Shown here: positions 62,001 through 64,000 of the stretch, piece by piece
Numbering within the stretch: the stretch's first letter is position 1
How the letters are laid out: every line of letters starts with the position of its first letter
NCBI GenBank assembly: GCA_964199315.1
Contig: OZ116698.1
Span: 27,032,001-27,096,000 of the forward strand
DNA from: Orbicella franksi
Taxonomy: Eukaryota
Length of the DNA stretch: 64,000 nucleotides
Direction of reading: 5' to 3'
Program-made: the position numbers and the translations under genes
The notes under the pieces: model-generated
Told to the model about the DNA's origin: nothing
Database searches by the model: none
What the model saw: the letters and a program-made list of their open reading frames with translations, nothing else

Positions 62001-64000
62001 TCGTTTGAACGGCTCCACTGTAGTGGAGGAAAACGTACGCGTGGGTTACGTCATAGGATTCCTCACTTGTAAGGACCCGGATATAGGACAAAATCACACG
62101 TTCATTGTCATTGGAAATTACTCCTCTGTCTTCCAGGTAACATAGCCATTGTACATCCACCTCAATTACGTTAAAAAATACAACTGAAAGAATGTCTGTT
62201 GGTTGTACCACGATAGAACCGTAGAATAGAATGAGAAATTTTCAACTTGCTGAATTGTCTATTGATGATAACTTTCTTTACTACTTACAGTAGCTTTAAT
62301 CAGGGCAGTAACCAGTAAGAGGCTACTTTTTTTTTCTTTTTAAAGGGGGAAAGTAAAACCCTGTTAAATACCTAGGAAGAGAATTTAACCATGGACATTG
62401 CCTCAGTCATAATTTTTTCCTGGCTACAGCCCTGTTAGACCTTACTTTAAAACAGAGAGGGTATGGTTATGACTGATAGGAGGTTTAAGTGCTTTAATCA
62501 GTCCTTAGATGTCTCTTCGTCTGTCTGTCTGTCTGTCTTATCGCCTCAGTTCCTCAATTTGGACTCGCATGGAATTGTAACCCAACATTTCATATCTTCT
62601 CGTGTTGTATTGGGAAGTAATATATAAAACACGAAAGACCGTGTTTTAGCACATTTCCAAACACCGAGAAGAAAGTTGAAAATACGACGCCCGGTGGAGT
62701 ATCTTTGACGATCGTCAAGGTGTTTGATGAAATTTGTGAGAAGAAAGGTGCCGTCTTGCTTCCAAAACTACCGGCAGCTTGAAGTTTCAAATTGACGTCT
62801 AACTGATGCGTTTCATTTCATTCAGGTAAACAGCGACAACTACCTTGTCGTAAAAGACCCATCATACCTGAACTACGAGAACCTTCACCCGCCTGCAATC
62901 CTCACAGTTACTATTCAAGCCACAGACCAGCCTCCCGAGGGAACAGGACCTTCACTTGACGTCACTAGTGACATCACAATCAACGTTCTGGACGTTAACG
63001 AGGCACCCCATGACATCAGACTAATACCCGAAAACGTCACTGTACCTGAAAATGTGTCCATTGGTTACTGCCTGGCCCAGGTGACGTCCACAAACCCCGA
63101 GCGCTCACAAAGAGTGCATTATACGCTTCTCAATTACCGAGATACGTTCTCCTTAGATGATAAATGCAGGGATAATTCTTCTGGTGTCAGTCAAGGAGAC
63201 AGTAAAAAGCCATACCTGACAGTCAAGTCACACCTCAGTTACAATGATTACGTCATTCGAGGCTATCAAATTTTGATAGAAGCCGAAGACAACGGAGATC
63301 CCCCGGAAGCGTTTAACGGCACGGTTAACATTCACGTGACCAAGGTTGACCCCTGCGCGTGGTCCTCGTGTCCCCCGGATTCCACGTGCAGTCGCGTTGG
63401 TTGGCAGAATTACACGTGCCCTTGCAACAAAGGGTTCAAGCGTGACGGCCTTAACTGCACTGAAATAGACGAGTGTGATCCGAATCCGTGCAGCCACGGC
63501 GGTACGTGCCATGATTACGTGAATTATTACAACTGCACCTGCCCCAGTGGATATCACAACGGCTCGGACTGTACGTTCATCAATTATTGCCTTTCAAACC
63601 CTTGTCAACACGACTCAACTTGCGACCCCCTCTTAAACAAATACAGATGCTATTGCTCAGTCGGTTATACAGGAAACCAATGCGAAACGAACATAGATGA
63701 CTGCGAGAAAGAGCCCTGCGCTGAGGGAACTTGTGTGGATGGAATTCACACCTTCACTTGCGACTGTGAGCCTGGATATTTTGGACCTCAATGTCAACGG
63801 AAGTCCGAGGAATGCAAGAAAAAAACATGCGAAGAACAAGAAATTTGTATACCACCAAACATCAGAAAGTACAATTCAACGCAATGTATTCCGAACGATT
63901 TCATTATCTCTTTGGAGTTCCCTGAAGGCGAGAACATCTCCAGTCCGCATTGGCAATATCGGCTTGAAGAGTGGATACTAGGACTTGATCCATTACTGCT
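38219..64000 (+). CDS. Constant region of a giant TSP1-EGF-sushi-cadherin-EGF protein (Fat/protocadherin-like non-classical cadherin); 31 exons, 3' end outside the window
   Basis: All exons are AG/GT-bounded with compatible phases: 38219-38408, 38981-39154, 39735-39954, 40353-40630, 40966-41085, 41420-41573, 45489-45688, 46130-46326, 46870-46978, 47250-47399, 47853-48272, 48820-50112, 50582-50731, 50901-51136, 51251-51434, 51717-52821, 52965-53201, 53593-54191, 54582-55286, 56043-56628, 56934-57141, 57247-57466, 57901-58020, 58794-58868, 59094-59270, 59782-59976, 60397-60547, 60765-60889, 61286-61589, 61904-62136, 62826->64000. About 10.3 kb of coding sequence with no stop found. Confidence 0.92.
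39323..39631. mobile_element. MITE-like element with imperfect G/C-rich terminal inverted repeats
   Basis: ggggggactctcgtataaaaagtgcgggggtgctcg ... cgatgagcacccctgtcctttttatatgggagtccccccc. Confidence 0.65.
41420..45688 (+). CDS. Constant exons 6-7: EGF-like domain + sushi/CCP-like domain
   Basis: GCQHKCSNGVCSCNAGYNLASDKKKC (EGF), then IDC...CSLGCPKDYSIKGSSTVTCQTSGQWSS..YC (CCP-like). The phase-1 join 41573|45489 gives Gly. Confidence 0.8.
42041..42197. mobile_element. Palindromic (hairpin) MITE
   Basis: aatagaccgttttcgata ... tatcgaaagtggcctatt termini, with internal inverted arms gaggacacaaacaaaggaaa / tttcttttgtttgtgtcctc. Confidence 0.75.
42614..44041 (-). pseudogene. Nested antisense gene for a secreted PAN/apple-EGF protein with a C-terminal STTQYWFG-type domain; exon 2 frameshifted and probably internally deleted
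   Basis: Exon 1 is 44041-43697 (MALIIVLFITSVSA signal; CFTRCSVNCQCLSFNF..CQLN PAN motif; donor GTAAAT). Exon 2 starts at 43143 (CQSTPCENGGTC..CACPPGYTGHKC EGF; SCHDILLSG..NGIYLI). That frame stops at 42826 and a second frame carries YEFINTRGNQC...FRCSAGNDSTTQYWFGKM*. It lies in the intron 41574-45488. Confidence 0.7.
43331..43507 (-). mobile_element. SINE-like fragment within the intron of the nested gene
   Basis: Minus strand gcttatcccggtttcagtag...ggtactgtgagagtaacgtgctttgatcaagaacacaacacaa resembles a common anthozoan SINE core as I recall it; not database-verified. Confidence 0.45.
46130..63347 (+). CDS. Constant exons 8-31: about 26 extracellular cadherin repeats
   Basis: Recurrent cadherin Ca-binding motifs DxN[DE]xP, xPEN/xDEN, DxD, LDYE/LNYE and A.D.G.P. 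I counted 26 DxN[DE]xP-type linkers. Confidence 0.92.
48552..48697. repeat. Short interspersed repeat built of atccagtggata / atccactggata palindromic motifs (MITE-like)
   Basis: Three to four copies of the TATCCA(G/C)TGGATA motif within about 100 bp. Confidence 0.45.
55640..55828 (-). mobile_element. 3' fragment of an RTE-type non-LTR retrotransposon ORF
   Basis: Minus-strand translation with one frameshift: ITRRALSWNPQGKRKRGRPGNSWR/DLEADIKRLGLTWSQLERKAQDRDSWR, the typical RTE C-terminal motif. Confidence 0.75.
58921..59030 (+). mobile_element. Degenerate tRNA-derived SINE head
   Basis: A-box-like cagtggttatcgcg and B-box-like gggttcgaacc, followed by a non-tRNA tail. No complete cloverleaf. 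Confidence 0.4.
59472..59637. mobile_element. Second, more diverged member of the same palindromic MITE family
   Basis: aataggcca..ttcgata ... tatcagaattagcctat termini, with arms aaacaaaagaaat / atttcttttgttt. Confidence 0.6.
63348..64000 (+). CDS. Tandem EGF repeats (at least 4, including Ca-binding type) after the cadherin repeats; open to the window end
   Basis: In exon 62826->: DPCAWSSC..., EIDECDPNPCSHGGTC, NYCLSNPCQHDSTC, NIDDCEKEPCAEGTC. Missing from the ORF track because no stop occurs before the edge. Confidence 0.88.

Noticed and set aside
1-64000. CRISPR array, rRNA or operon-type features
   Set aside because: No short repeat-spacer periodicity or rRNA signature; the sequence is spliceosomal-intron-rich animal DNA.

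Overview
Eukaryotic, AT-rich, intron-containing DNA. The gene families and repeats suggest an anthozoan cnidarian such as a stony coral (inference). The window reads as one locus on the + strand. (1) 0.4-33.3 kb holds a tandem array of 12 homologous cassettes, V1-V12. Each encodes signal peptide + Arg-rich tail + 2 thrombospondin type-1 (TSP1) repeats, and each ends in a phase-2 GTRAGT splice donor at the same homologous position. Seven are intact, two carry a single in-frame TAG and three are multiply disrupted. (2) 38.2-64 kb holds 31 exons that I could phase end to end, about 3,430 codons, open at the window edge. They encode 6 TSP1, EGF, sushi/CCP, about 26 cadherin repeats and at least 4 EGF domains. 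The first of these exons has no signal peptide or in-frame ATG and accepts exactly the phase-2 donors of the cassettes (...CNTG-V|CCPVNC...). The best reading is a giant TSP1-cadherin gene with clustered, alternatively promoted variable first exons spliced to shared constant exons, analogous to vertebrate clustered protocadherins and chelicerate sDscam. This is inferred from DNA only and needs transcript evidence. Also present: a near-perfect 4,694-bp tandem repeat inside the array, a nested antisense PAN-EGF gene that looks damaged, a degenerate BEL/Pao retrotransposon, a TTAA-flanked TIR element, MITE/SINE/LINE fragments and an (AT)33 microsatellite. No rRNA, functional tRNA or CRISPR array was seen.
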